Shown here: piece by piece, positions 28,844 through 42,346 of the stretch
How the letters are laid out: each line of letters starts with the position of its first letter
How positions within the stretch are numbered: the stretch's first letter is position 1
Assembly (NCBI GenBank): GCA_951406725.2
Contig: OX597815.1
Location: 54,932,001 to 54,996,000, forward strand
Reading direction: 5' to 3'
Length of the DNA stretch: 64,000 nt
Source: Octopus vulgaris
Taxonomy: Eukaryota
Position numbers and translations under genes: made by a program
The notes under the pieces: generated by a model
Database searches by the model: none
What the model was told of the DNA's origin: nothing
Seen by the model: the letters and a program-made list of their open reading frames with translations, nothing else

Positions 28844-30624
28844 AAATACTGACCGAACAATTCCAAAGTGTGTTCACTACACCTCTGGGACACAGGCAAG
28901 TAAACAACCCCGAAGAATTCTTTGCCGCTTTACCAGCGGCCAAAGAGGCAAAAATTAAGTACATCAACATTGAAGATGATGATATCACATTAGCCATAGA
29001 TGAGATTGATACAAACTCAGCTGCTGGACCTGATGGATTTCCAGTGATCCTTCTCAAATCGTGCAAACGAGCCCTTGCAAAACTGCTACAGCTTCTTTTT
29101 CAGAGCTTTCTTGCAAGTGGTAAGCTCCCAGTCAAATTGAAAGAGGGAGTAATATGCCCTATCCATAAGGAAGGTAGCAGAGCAGACGCTAAAAATTATA
29201 GGCCTATCTCTCTGACCTCACACATCAGCAAAGTCATGGAAACTAATCATGTTCCTTCAAGAAAATGACTTGCTGTCTGACACCCAGCATGGATTTCGAC
29301 CAGGTCGAAGCTGCCTAACACAACTCCTGCAACACTATGACTGGGTGTTAAAACAGCTACTAAATGGCTCAAATGTGGATGTAATATATCTCGACTTTGC
29401 AAAAGCCTTTGATAAAGTCGACCATGGTATGATCTGTCACAAACTACATGGTCTTGGCATAGGCGGAAAACTTGGAGAGTGGCTGCACAACTTCCTAAAA
29501 GACAGAAGACAGGCAGTTGTGACCAATGGAGCCACCTCCAAGGAAACACAAATAACAAGCGGTGTTTCACAGGGTACTGTCTTGGGGCCACTGCTGTTCA
29601 TAGTGGCCCTTTCAGACATGCCTTCAGTTGCTACGATGGCCACCCTTGCTAGCTATGCAGATAACACAAAAGTCTCCCACACAATACAAAACCCTGAAAA
29701 TATTGCGCATCTGCAACAGGAGTTGGATAAAATGTACAGGTGGGCGGAGGACAACAGCATGCAATTTAATGCAGGGAAGTTCCAGGCCCTGCGCTACCAG
29801 CACACAAAGGTAAACGACGTGTAGACTGGATATACTGGCCCGGGAAGAATTGCAATCCCTGAGTCAAAATCAGTGCGTGACCTAGGCATTGACATGAGCA
29901 GTGATGCATCTTTCCAAGTGCATATTACTAATCTGGTGATAAAATGCAGACGGCTAGCTGGATGGATTCTCCGAACTTTCAGAACGAGAGAGAAGGAGAC
30001 ACTGATGGTCCTCTGCAAAACATTCGTCCTCAGCCGCCTGGACTACTGCTCCTAACTATGGTCACCAGAACTTGAAGCAATTCAGAGAAGCTACACAAAG
30101 AAGATCGTCTCAATGCAAAATATCAGCTACTGGGAAAGATTGGAAGTATTAAACCTCTTCTCCCTAGAGCGGAGGCGGGAGAGATATGCGGTGATATACA
30201 TCTGGAAAATCCTGGAGGGTCTTGTCCCCAACTTTGGCATTCAAAGTTACCCCAACCGCAGAACGGGGCGCCACTGCAGGTGCCAAAGATTCCAACATCA
30301 CCATCAAAATACAGGACCAGATACTGCAACAGCTTGGGTTTCAGAGGACCACAGCTCTTTAACATCCTCTCTAAATGCCTAAGAGACTTACATGGTGTGG
30401 ATGTGGGTTTCTTTAAAACTAAACTGGATCTCTTCTTGTCGGGAGTCCCAGATGAACCTACCTCACGACAAGAGACGCAGATGCGGGCAGCAGCGTCGAA
30501 CTCCCTTGTTGATCAAGTGCCACGTATCAGAGGTGGATTCACATATTAGTGTAGCTCATTCAGCGATGGTGCCCCAGCATGGCCGCGGCCTTCGGGCTAA
30601 AACATTTTTAAGGATTTAAGGATT
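28844..30624 (+). mobile_element. 5'-truncated CR1-group LINE, subfamily B
   Basis: Closely similar to 13080-14896, including the (TTTAAGGA) tail. Confidence 0.93.
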
Positions 30625-30801
30625 ATATGTATATATATATATGTGTGTGTGTATATATATATATATGTATGTATGTATATATGTGTATGTATATATGTGT
30701 ATGTATATATATGTGTATGTATATATATGTGTATGTATATATATGTTTATGTATTTATATGTGTGTATGTATGTATATATATATATATATACATATGTAT
30801 G

Positions 30802-30834
<33 letters not shown>

Positions 30835-31052
30835 ATATGTATGTATATATGTATGTATATATGTATGTATATATGTATGTATATATGTATGTATGTATGT
30901 ATATATGTATGTATATATGTATGTATATATGTATGTATATATGTATGTATATATGTATGTATATATGTATGTATATATATATGTATGTATATATGTATAT
31001 ATATATATGTATATATATGTATATATGTATATATATATATATGTATATATAT

Positions 31053-31101
<49 letters not shown>

Positions 31102-31102
31102 G

Positions 31103-31149
<47 letters not shown>

Positions 31150-31378
31150 GTATATATGTATATATATATATGTATATTTATATATGTATATATGTATATG
31201 TATATATATATATGTATATGTATATATATATATGTATATATATATATGTATGTATATATGTATGTATATATGTATGTATATATGTATGTATATGTATGTA
31301 TGTATATATATATATGTATATATATATGTATATATATATATGTATATATGTATATATATATATGTATATATGTATATA

Positions 31379-31439
<61 letters not shown>

Positions 31440-31490
31440 GTATATATATATGTATATATATATGTATATATATATATGTATATATATATG

Positions 31491-31561
<71 letters not shown>

Positions 31562-31582
31562 GTATATATATATATATGTATA

Positions 31583-31661
<79 letters not shown>

Positions 31662-32098
31662 GTATATGTATATATATATGTATATATATATGTATATATA
31701 TATGTATATGTATATATATATGTATATGTATATATATATATATGTATATATATGTATATATATGTATATGTATATATATATATGTATATATATATGTATG
31801 TATATATATATGTATATGTATATATATATATGTATATGTATATATGTATATATATATGTATGTATATATATATATGTATATGTATATATGTATGTATATA
31901 TATATATGTATATGTATATATGTATATATATATGTATGTATATATATATACATACATACATATATATATGTGTATATATATATGTATGTATATATATATA
32001 TATATATGTATATGTATATATATGTGTATATATATATATGTATATATATATATATGTATGTATATATATGTGTATATATATATATGTATATATATGTG

Positions 32099-32164
<66 letters not shown>
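30625..32164. repeat. (TA)n/(TATG)n microsatellite
   Basis: Directly visible. Confidence 0.97.
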
Positions 32165-33078
32165 TGATATGGGGGGTCAGTTCGGAAACAGTGCTATGAC
32201 CTACTTTGCTGGGTTGTAGTCTTAAAGTCTGGGATATAAAGTTATTGTCCTTTGTTCTGCCAGATTCACGAAAGAGTAATGACTTTCGGAGAGACCTCTG
32301 CCCTTTTTCCGTTCAAAGAAGGGTCGAGGAAGCTACCCTTTAAAAAGCGACGAGCTGTGAGTCTGTTGGACAGTTCGGCCGGAGACAGTGAATTGGTAAC
32401 AGGGCAGTTAGGAGTTGTGCCTGAGACAGCAAAAGGGGGGCCGGAGGAGGCGGTCAGTCGAGAAAGACAGACAGACAATGTGAGGCATTGGCTCCTATTT
32501 GTAGTAGGAGCTTGTGACGGTATGTTTGTTTATGTTTTGATGTGTTAATGAAGGAAAAAGAATTGTTGAAATGTAAAAGATTGATGTGAAAAAAGGAGGA
32601 AGAAGTACTGAATTTAAAGAAATTAGATTATAACGAACATTGTGAATTGTGCTACAGAGTTGTTGAAAAACAAAGAGAAAGACTCTAATGTAGAACATTG
32701 AACTCTGAACTGTATCGTTATTGTGAACATTATTTGTTTTAATTTTATCTGAACTGTTGTCTCCGGACTGTATATTGTACCTGCATGCTTTGATCATGTT
32801 ATCCTCTTTGATGTACCTGATGTATTTTACATTGTATTTTATGTCGTAATTGTCATAAACTATTGTTGTTAAACGTAAGCCAACTGCTTTCCGCCGTGTC
32901 TCTCTGTATCTCTTCCTGTTGCTGTTTGTTGTTGTTCTCTCCGGTCGCCAGTTGCCGAGTTGGCTGCCGCCTTCCCCCACCGAATTCACCGTTCGATCGA
33001 GGCGGTCGATCGTCGTCGCTCGACTTGGTAGGGTCCCGGGTTTCCGAAGAGTTTGAGCGACGGCAGGTATTCGTAACA
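32165..33078. mobile_element. Probable solo LTR (Gypsy-like, 914 bp)
   Basis: TGATA...TAACA termini, 4-bp ATAT direct repeat on both sides, GC-richer non-coding interior. Confidence 0.65.
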
Positions 33079-33134
33079 ATATGTTTGTAGATATATATAT
33101 ATATGTGTGTGTATGTATGTGTATGTGTGTGTGT

Positions 33135-33342
33135 GACCACGTGTGTACCATTGGCGATTTTTTTTCCTCCGTCTTCCCTTCCTTGGATCATTTCTTCTCC
33201 TATGTTTCTGACGAAGAGCTCTGCACAAAACATTAAATCCTCTTTCTTTCTTTCCTTTCTTGAGCGTCCAATAACACTATACTTGTTCCACGTCTCCGCG
33301 TTGTTGTGTTTTCTCTTTGTGTTTGCATGTTTGGATTAACTT
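33135..33342 (+). mobile_element. Second copy of the 3040-3222 repeat with a decayed hammerhead (33204-33238)
   Basis: TCTCCTATGTTTCTGACGAAGAGCTC..TGAGCG..TGTTCCACGT..TTTGGATTAAC shared with 3085-3220. Confidence 0.75.
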
Positions 33343-34033
33343 ATATGTATATATGTATGTATAATATGTATATATATATATAATATCATGTAGTCCAATG
33401 TCTTGTTAGAACACTGAATTTTTTTTTATGGAGTATATATGGAATGATTTGTCTTTCCAAAAATTCATTGAAAGTTTTTAGGTTCTGCGACTAATAAACA
33501 TCTTATAGTGATAATAGCATCTTTCATATGTCACTTTGTGTTTTAAGTTAGTCAGCACAGAAGAACCTTTGCAGGGCTTTCCACACTGGTGAGATTATTG
33601 AGAGCTAATACCCAGTTTGAACATTTATGTCATTAAATGGAGAGTTAAGTTTCTTTTGCAACTCCGTTGTACACTTCAATGACATTGAATGAATGGAATT
33701 GTCATCTAGTTGATTGGCTCCCTATCTAATCAGTTGATATAATGCTCACTCTTATTTTTTTTTTATATACTCATTCCCTACCATTTTCTCTTCTAAATCT
33801 TACTTTGATAAATATCAACAGAATTTAGTTGAGAATGTCTATGGAAGCTAACTGATATACAATATTTCTGTCCATGGGTCATTTTCTAAATGCAAGCAGG
33901 AATATTTAAGATATTTTGTGGACATTTTGTCTCTCATCAATTTAATTGAAAATAATGAAAAATCAAAAAAATTAGAGGTAAGAAATGTTTGAATATAATT
34001 GTTACTTTTTTTTTTCTACTCATCAAATATCAG

Positions 34034-34104
34034 AGAGAATTTAGCACAGATTATCCAAGCTGGACAGAGAATTATTGACAACCCTGTGTACATAGCTGAT
34101 CTTG
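34034..34104 (+). CDS. LONP1: Mitochondrial Lon protease exon (ENLAQIIQAGQRIIDNPVYIADL)
   Basis: cag/...gtaag boundaries; resembles LONP1 [23 protein letters not shown] (human sequence recalled); phase fits the next exon. Confidence 0.9.
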
Positions 34105-34599
34105 GTAAGCTGGCTGTATTTTATTTTCCAAAATATAAAATATTGTGATTTAGTTACTTCTAGTAGTTAGTAGGATATGTTAAACATTAATTTAGATATT
34201 GTTACAATAGCTACATTGATTTGATGGTTACTTCCTTTGAGGATGTGTTGTTGTTTAGTCCCAGGTTAGCCCAGATCAAACAAGGAGATTCCTGTCATAA
34301 AAATTACAATTCTATACTATGTAGAATATATTAATATATGGCAGTTATCAGCAGGAAATGATATCAACCTGTAATAAATCTTGACTGGGAACACATAAAA
34401 AGATTTGATTTCAGTATTTCAGATCTCCACACTACTTGTCATTGTATTCTTAACCTTGCCCACCTCTAAATTGTTTTCATTCTTTATTCTTATTTACTCT
34501 TCTCAGACTGCTTACCCAAAGTATGATATCTAACTTCTCAATGGTGTTGAAACACCATGGCAAAGTTAATGTATAATAATATATAATGAAATTATTGTG

Positions 34600-34885
34600 T
34601 ATAGTGCTTAGGTTCACTACAACTTATCAAAGTTGCATGTGCAGTATATAGAATTATATACAAAAGTCAGGAAAGTAAACAGTGGTTTACTTGATATACA
34701 TGTGAGAATGCGTATGGAGGTGGGTATATCAGGTGTTGCGCTGGCGAATCTCAGGAAGCATGGAGGTTTTAAAGGATGCAGTGTCTCAGCAACTAAAAAC
34801 TGATGCAGATAGTTTGTTCCATGCTTCAGCAACTCTGAGTGTGAAAAAATATTTCTGAAAGTCATGGGACCTGTACTGTTTTCTG
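34600..34885 (-). mobile_element. Old CR1 LINE 3' fragment
   Basis: Minus strand encodes KYFFTLRVAEAWNKL, the typical CR1 ORF2 C-terminal motif. Confidence 0.6.
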
Positions 34886-34984
34886 ATTTTATTTGTGATT
34901 TCAAGACCAGATTCAACCATTGACTACAATATCATCAAATGTGCCTACATGTGTGGGTATCTAATGGTTCTTGAAAATAATGTT

Positions 34985-35145
34985 GGTGCTGGTGTGGCTG
35001 TGTGGTAAGAAGTTTACTTCCCAACCACATGGTTCCAGGTTCAGTCCCACTGCATGGCACCTTGGGCAAATGTCTGCTATAGCCTCAGGCCATTCAAAGC
35101 CTTGTGAGTGGTTTTAGTAGACAGAAACTGAAAGAAGCTTGTTGC
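34985..35145 (+). mobile_element. tRNA-derived SINE, 5' half (split by the palindrome)
   Basis: A-box GTGGCTGTGTGGT, B-box GGTTCAGTCCC; aligns to the 5' half of 59565-59920. Confidence 0.85.
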
Positions 35146-35214
35146 ATATGTATGTATGTGTGTATATATATATGTTTGTACGTGTATATGTATATATATA
35201 TATATATGTTTGTA

Positions 35215-35262
<48 letters not shown>

Positions 35263-35270
35263 TGTATGTG

Positions 35271-35310
<40 letters not shown>

Positions 35311-35348
35311 TGTATATGTATATATATATATATATATGTTTGTATGTG

Positions 35349-35381
<33 letters not shown>

Positions 35382-35470
35382 GTTTGTATGTGTATATGTA
35401 TATATATATATATATATGAAAAAACAAGTAAAAAATAGAAAATGCTAAAATAATTTTATAGTGAACATTT

Positions 35471-35508
35471 CAGTACCGGTTTCGGTCATTTTGAGACCTT
35501 TTCAACTG
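35471..35508 (-). ncRNA. Minimal hammerhead ribozyme, left arm
   Basis: Exact reverse complement of 22183-22220. Confidence 0.8.
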
Positions 35509-35967
35509 TAACGATTAAATAATTAAATTTAGAAAAATTAGAAGAAAAGTTTTTTTAAAAGAATATTTCTATAGTAGTGTTCAGATTTAAGTGGCATTCT
35601 GCCTTTCTCTGACTCCCTTGTTTGCACTTGTGTGTTCGAGGTAGTTGTGAGTTCTTCGTAGGGTAGTAGAGGGAAGGCTGGTGAGGAAAGGGGGTGGGAG
35701 AATCTGGGAGTGCCCTGATGGTCGTATTTTGAATGGTCAGTGGCGGCTGGCAGTCTCAGTTCAATTCAGGATTGTTTATAGAATTAGCGTAGGTGTTATA
35801 CTAAAAAACATTAGTGACAAACTTAAGGGGTAGGGGTGGAGAAGAAGAAGAAGAAGAAGAAGAAGAAGGAGAAGGAGAAGATGATGGTGATGGTGGTGAT
35901 GATTATGACGACGATGATGATGATAACGATGATGATGATGAAGAAGAAGAAGAAGAAGAAGAAGAAG

Positions 35968-35999
<32 letters not shown>

Positions 36000-36907
36000 G
36001 AAGGAGAAGGAGAAGATGGTGGTGATGATGATGACGCCGATGATGATGATAACGATGATGATGAAGAAGAAGAAGAAGAAAAACAGAGAAGGGAGAATAT
36101 GAATGGGTGTAAATATAGCTATGAAGGGGCTGATTAGTAATGGATTCTATGGAGTGTAGTATTTGTGTGTGTATATATATTTTTTCTTTTATTCTAAAGT
36201 TGAGGTTTAGAATAAAAGAAAAAATATATATACACACACAAATACTACACTCCATAGAATCCATTACTAATCAGCCCCTTCATAGCTATATTTACACCCA
36301 TTCATATTCTCCCTTCTCTGTTTTTTTCTTCTTCTTCTTCTTCATCATCATCGTTATCATCATCATCGGCGTCATCATCATCACCACCATCATCACCACC
36401 ATCTTCTCCTTCTCCTTCTTCTTCTTCTTCTTCTTCTTCTTCTTCTTCTTCTTCTTCTTCTTCTTCTTCTTCTTCTTCATCATCATCGTTATCATCATCA
36501 TCGTCGTCATAATCATCACCACCATCACCATCATCTTCTCCTTCTCCTTCTTCTTCTTCTTCTTCTTCTTCTTCTCCACCCCCTACCCCTTAAGTTTGTC
36601 ACTAATGTTTTTTAGTATAACACCTACGCTAATTCTATAAACAATCCTGAATTGAACTGAGACTGCCAGCCGCCACTGACCATTCAAAATACGACCATCA
36701 GGGCACTCCCAGATTCTCCCACCCCCTTTCCTCACCAGCCTTCCCTCTACTACCCTACGAAGAACTCACAACTACCTCGAACACACAAGTGCAAACAAGG
36801 GAGTCAGAGAAAGGCAGAATGCCACTTAAATCTGAACACTACTATAGAAATATTCTTTTAAAAAAACTTTTCTTCTAATTTTTCTAAATTTAATTATTTA
36901 ATCGTTA

Positions 36908-36945
36908 CAGTTGAAAAGGTCTCAAAATGACCGAAACCGGTACTG
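36908..36945 (+). ncRNA. Minimal hammerhead ribozyme, right arm (sense to LONP1)
   Basis: Identical to 22183-22220. Confidence 0.8.
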
Positions 36946-37075
36946 AAATGTTCACTATAAAATTATTTTAGCATTTTCTATTTTTTACTTGTTTTTTCAT
37001 ATATATCAACTCGTGTGTTCCTTTTCACCCTTATACATATATATATATATATATATATATATGTGTTTGTATGTG

Positions 37076-37113
<38 letters not shown>

Positions 37114-37155
37114 TGTATGTGTATATGTATATATATATGTTTGTATGTGTATATG

Positions 37156-37178
<23 letters not shown>

Positions 37179-37194
<16 letters not shown>

Positions 37195-37395
37195 CTTTGT
37201 GTCTGTGCTTGTTTCCACTGACCGCTTAACAACTGGTGTTGATATGTTTGCATCCCTGTAATGTAGCAGCTCGGTGAAAGTGACTGATAGAATAAGTACC
37301 AAGCTTAAAAAGTTGTTAAGTTCAATTAAAGATTCCTCGTGGTGATACCTTAGCATGGCCAGTCTAATGATTGAAACAAGTAAAAGATAAAAGAT
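37179..37395 (+). mobile_element. tRNA-derived SINE, 3' half
   Basis: GATAGAATAAGTACC..AGCATGGCCAGTCTAATGATTGAAACAAGTAAAAGA; aligns to the 3' half of 59565-59920. Confidence 0.8.
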
Positions 37396-37606
37396 ATCTT
37401 AGTAAATATGATGTTAGATATGTGAGTAGAAACAGAAATAATGAATAATGGTTATTTCCAGCACTCATTTAGAAAGAGAACCAAACTAAAATTTTGTTTT
37501 TGCATCTTGTATAGCTAGACTTACATTACATACTCAGAGTAATGTAAGTTACTGAATAAGTCTTAGAAAACAAATATTTAAAATTATATTCCTTGTTGCT
37601 TTCCAG

Positions 37607-37665
37607 GTGCTGCTTTGACTGCTGGAGAACCAGATGAACTACAACAGGTACTTCAAGAAATAAAT
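37607..37665 (+). CDS. LONP1: Lon protease exon (GAALTAGEPDELQQVLQEIN)
   Basis: ttccag/...gtaag; phase 1 to 0; resembles [20 protein letters not shown]. Confidence 0.9.
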
Positions 37666-39057
37666 GTAAGTTAAATATATCTTCTAAAATTTCTGTTTCT
37701 GTTTTTTTTTTTATGTCATTGTTCCATTCCATTAGCTAATAGTAACACTAAAAAACTACTATAAAAAGTATACCAAATATTTAATCTCATGCAGTACACA
37801 ACACAGCATGGCCACAGCCCACTGGCTTACAAACAGAAAAAGAATTTAGCACTAAATAGTACCTAATTCTAAAAGATTGCCTTCATGGTTTTTGCCAGCC
37901 CTCCGAGACTCCTGAATTTTAAGTTTGAATTCTGTTTAATGCAAGGTTTGGGGAAATGAGGTGGGGTAGGGGTGAAGAGATGAGGAGATACCAGTGCATG
38001 GCTGAGCTGAGGTGAAAGTCTTACACTGCTTCAGAGTTCAGAAGAGCACAGTTTATTGCAGGAGTAGTAGAAGAGATACAGAGGGATTGACTTACCTGTG
38101 AGCCAGTGACTGGTGATATGCTTGTGAGTTATTCGTTAGCAACAGCATCTTCATCAATTAACCTGATTACTTTTCTGTTGGATGTAAACTAGGCATATTG
38201 TGTATGTAGTAGTACAAGGACTTATTTGAAATTGGGAAAGGGTCAGCAACTATTTTGAACTGAAGTATTTCTAGTCCAAAGAGATATTCTTGTTTTGGAA
38301 GGTATCATTAGGAGGCATTTAACTTTTATGTGCTTGCAAGAATTGGATGGAGGATTTAATTCAGGCAGCATTTTACGGCTTGATGCCCTTTCTGTTGCCA
38401 GCCCTAACCTTTTAAAACTGAACCCAAGTGGCTGATTGTAATGTCAGCAAGGAATGTAAACATCCAATAATCATTTTGCTTAGTCAGTGATAAGTAAAAT
38501 TGTGTGAGGTCAGCATCCACACACACAGAGGTATGGCTGTATGGTTAAGAAATTTACTTGACAGTCATGTGGTTTTGAATTCAAATTCATAATGTAGCAC
38601 CTTGGTCAATAACAGGTGCCTTCTACTTAATCTTTGAGTTTGTCAGAGTGAAATTGGTTGAGGGAAATAAGCATATATACATCATCATCATTTATATACC
38701 ATTTTTTCCATGCTTGCATGCTCAGACAGAAATTGTTAAGGCAGATTTTCAACTTCCTGATGCCCTTCCTGTTGCCTACTCTCATCTGTTTTCAAGCAAG
38801 GTTAAATTTCCCCATGGTCAGTTATACTTTACACAGGAGTCTGGAAAATAACAGTATCACTTTTATGATGCTGATGCTTCTTTACAGCCATCATATAATG
38901 TCTACACAAGGTTCACACTCACATATACAATGGGCTTTTTTCAGTTTCTGTCTGCCAAATTCATTCACAAGGCAGTAAAACTGAGCCCAAGACCACATGG
39001 TTGAGAATCAAGCTTTAACTATATTAAATTAACTATACAATCATGCCCATAGGTATA

Positions 39058-39252
39058 CAGTAATCCCTTGCTATATTGTGGTTTACCTATCACACACTCG
39101 GTACATCACGGATTTTTCTGGCTAATGAATGTAAATTTATATTGTGGACTCTTCCATATATCATGGGTTTCTGCAGTCAACAGGTATTTATATTTTTCAC
39201 CTATCGCGGAAAGTTTTGGAATGTAACACCTGTGATAGTCGAGGGATTACTG
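39058..39252. mobile_element. Tc1/mariner-pogo superfamily MITE
   Basis: TIRs CAGTAATCCCT / AGGGATTACTG with TA on both sides. Confidence 0.85.
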
Positions 39253-39277
39253 TATATACATATATGTGCATATATAT

Positions 39278-41445
39278 CATCATCATCATCATTTAACATC
39301 TGCTTTCCATGCTGGCATGGGTTAGGTGGTTTGACTGGAACTGGTAAGCCGGAGATGTGCACCAAATTCCAGTCTGATTTGGCATGGTTTCTATGGCTGG
39401 GTGCCCTTCTTAACACCAACTACTCTAAGAGTGTAATGGGTACTTTTAACATACCACCGGCATGGGTGCCAGTCACAAGACACCAGCATCAGCCACAGCT
39501 ATGATTTCACCTGACTTGACAAGTTTTCTCAAGCACAGCATATCACCAAAGGTCTCAGTCACTTGTCATCACCTCCATGAGGCCCAACGTTTGAAGATCA
39601 TGCTTCACCACCTCGTCCCACACCTTTCTGGGTCTACCACTTCCACAGGTTCCCTCCACAGTTAGAGATTAGCACTTTAGGCAGCTGTCTTCATCCATAT
39701 GCATCACAAAGCCATGCCAGCACAGTTGCCTCTCTTGCACACTGCATGAGATGCCTCTTATGCCTAACTTTTCTCTCAGGACACTCACACTCTATCATAC
39801 ATGCACACTGACATCACACATCCAGTGAAACATACTAGTTTCGTTTCTTTTAAGTCTATGCATGTCCTCAGCAGTCACAGTCCATGTTTCACTGCCATGG
39901 AGCATGGCTGTTTGCACACAGGCAACATATAATCTGCCTTTCACTCTGTGGGAGAGGCCTTTAATTACCAACAGATGTAGAAGCTCTCTGAACTTTGCCC
40001 AGCCTATTCTTATTCTAACAGCTACAATTTCAGAGCATCCACCTCCACTGCTGACTTGGTCACCTAGGTAATAGAAGCTATCAACTACCTCTAGGTATCC
40101 CCCCCGATATTTGATGGTGTCTATTTTCTGTACATTTCTAGTAGTTATTGTACCTATGCACCTGCCACACACAAAGACTATTTTCCCTGTTAACTTTCCT
40201 CTGATATTGCTGCATCTCTTGTGTGTCCATAGCTTGTACCAGATACATGTTATGGAGTTTCTACCTACACCTTTTCTACTTATCAAGCAGGGCCATCTAC
40301 CTGAAAGGATTTGTGATTTGTGCTCTTTCCTACTTACTAGAACTTTGTTTTTTGCTAAATTAACTCTAAGGCCTTTTGATTCTAGACCTTGCTTCCATAC
40401 CTGAATTTTCTTCTCTAGTTCTGCTTGTGATTCAACTATAAGAACAAGGTCATCAGCATGGAAGAGCTCCCAGGGCCAGTCCAACTTAAATTCCTGGAGG
40501 GCTATGATGGACAAGTGGGGCTGAGGACTGATCCTTGGGGAACCCCTACTTGTACCCTGAATTCATTGCTAGCATCCCTGTACATGACTTGTACATCTCT
40601 CACCAACTACTCGTCTATCCTTTGTTTCTGCATTGACCACCAGTAAAGGGAGTGGGGAACCTGGAGAAAGCCTGTCAAAGACTTTCTCCATGTCAACAAA
40701 AGCCAAGTGCAAAGGTTCGTTTTTGGCTGGGTATTTCTCCTGCAGCTGCCTTACCAGAAATATAGCATCAGTGGTATTTCACCCTGGCACAAAACCAAAC
40801 TGCATCTCATCTAGACTAACTTTCTTCCTAGTTAGTTGGGTTATGACCCTCTTCGTAACGTTCATTGCCTGATCTAACAATTTGACACCTCTGTAATTAT
40901 TTCTGTTTAAGGCTTTTACTTTTATTGTAGTTGACTATGATGCTGCTACACCAGACATTGGGTATGATTCCCACCTGTACAACCTGGTTAACTATATGGG
41001 TGATTAGACCATAACCCATACCACTAGATATTTTAAACATCAGTGATTCCTATGGGGCCAGGGGCTTTCCTGGTTTTCATATCCTTCATGGCTTTATCTA
41101 CCATGCTACTGTCTATTTGGGTTGCTGGTCCATCTGTTTGATCCACAGTAGGCCAACTTTCCTTTTCCCATGAGTTCTCTACATTTAGAAGCCTTTCAGA
41201 GTGGCACTTCCAAGCCTCTTTCTTTGCAGAGTCACTAACTGCGAGAGAACCATCATCCATGCAAACACAATTCTCTCCAACAATATCACAATTTTTTCTG
41301 GCACACAAGTCAAAACACTTCAGGCTGCAGGTCCTCATACTGCATAACATAGGCAAACTTCTTCCTTTCTGCTTCACCTCTGGCTAAGTATACCTGCCTC
41401 CTAGCTGCCTGGTATAACTCCTTGCTACTGCTACCCTTCCATATA
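39278..41445 (-). mobile_element. Older degenerate RTE LINE, 5'-truncated
   Basis: ORFs 39795..40514 and 41033..41377 are homologous to the RTE at 6419-8387; (GAT)n tail. Confidence 0.9.
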
Positions 41446-41879
41446 CACAACTTTATAGACTTTGTTGTGCTTATAATACTGAAAACATGAATGCACATGC
41501 ACACACATACATGCATGCCTCTGTTCATGGCTTCAGTGTATGTCTGATATGAGTGATACTTGAGCACTAGACTACCTGTGACCTGTTGGATCACCTGAAA
41601 AGTCCGAGTTTCCCAGTAATGGGGTTTTGTTTTGTGGGTTTTACTTTTTCTTTTTCAGGTTAGTTCACATGCTTTCAACCAATGCGGCATTGAAATCACA
41701 CATAAATGGCTCCTTTCCCCAGAAAAGGCAAGATTTGGCTGCTATTTCTTGCATGCCTTGCATGAATGTGGTAGTAGAGCATGCTAGAAATAACAGCCAA
41801 ATCTTTGGACATTGAATGCACTCGAAAAAATTTTTGTAATGGTATTCCCTTGAGGCGATCTTTCATTTTAACTCTCAGA

Positions 41880-42346
41880 ACTCATCCGGATCAGCTGATT
41901 TTGTTTGTTAATTTCTGTAAAAAAATTTTTATTCATTTAGTTTTGTTTTAAAGTGAAAGAGAGAGGAGAATGTGAAAGACGTATGAACGTGTATATGAAA
42001 TGGACATGTGTGTGAGAGAGAGAGAAAGTGCCACTTACACATACATGAGAACACACGTTCACTCTCTCTCTCTCTCTCTCACTCACATGCACACACACTC
42101 ACACGCACATGTACATACAAAAAAGATGTATGCATATGTATTGATGTATGTATGTATGTATACATGACGACACACCCCTTCACTCATTCTTTCTTTCTCT
42201 CTTTTCCTCTCTTTCTCTTTCTGACTTTCACACACACACATCCATTACATATGTATGTACTATCTTTCACTTTCTCCTCTCTTTCACTTTAAATCAAAAG
42301 TAAATAAATAAAAATTATTTACGAAAATTAATGAACTCTGGATGAC
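41880..42346. repeat. Degenerate fold-back/MITE-like inverted repeat (~130-bp arms)
   Basis: TTTAAAGTGAAAGAGAGAGGAGAATGTGAAAGA (~41950) pairs with TCTTTCACTTTCTCCTCTCTTTCACTTTAAA (~42265); outer TCATCCGGA / TCTGGATGA. Confidence 0.7.

Larger units (their letters stand above)
35416..37000. mobile_element. Head-to-head inverted pair of Penelope pLTRs (arms 35416-36198 and 36206-37000, 7-nt spacer)
   Basis: Arms are reverse complements of each other and homologous to 21500-22275. Confidence 0.95.

Noticed and set aside
32252-33233. ORFs of 70-218 aa in the GC-richer block
   Set aside because: No protein motifs; they lie within or across the probable solo LTR
33890-33977. Possible extra LONP1 exon ending at GAG/GTAAG
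   Set aside because: The required phase gives an in-frame TAG and there is no Lon similarity
35814-36640. Poly-E/D, poly-K/M and poly-F/I ORFs
   Set aside because: Trinucleotide repeats inside the Penelope pLTR arms
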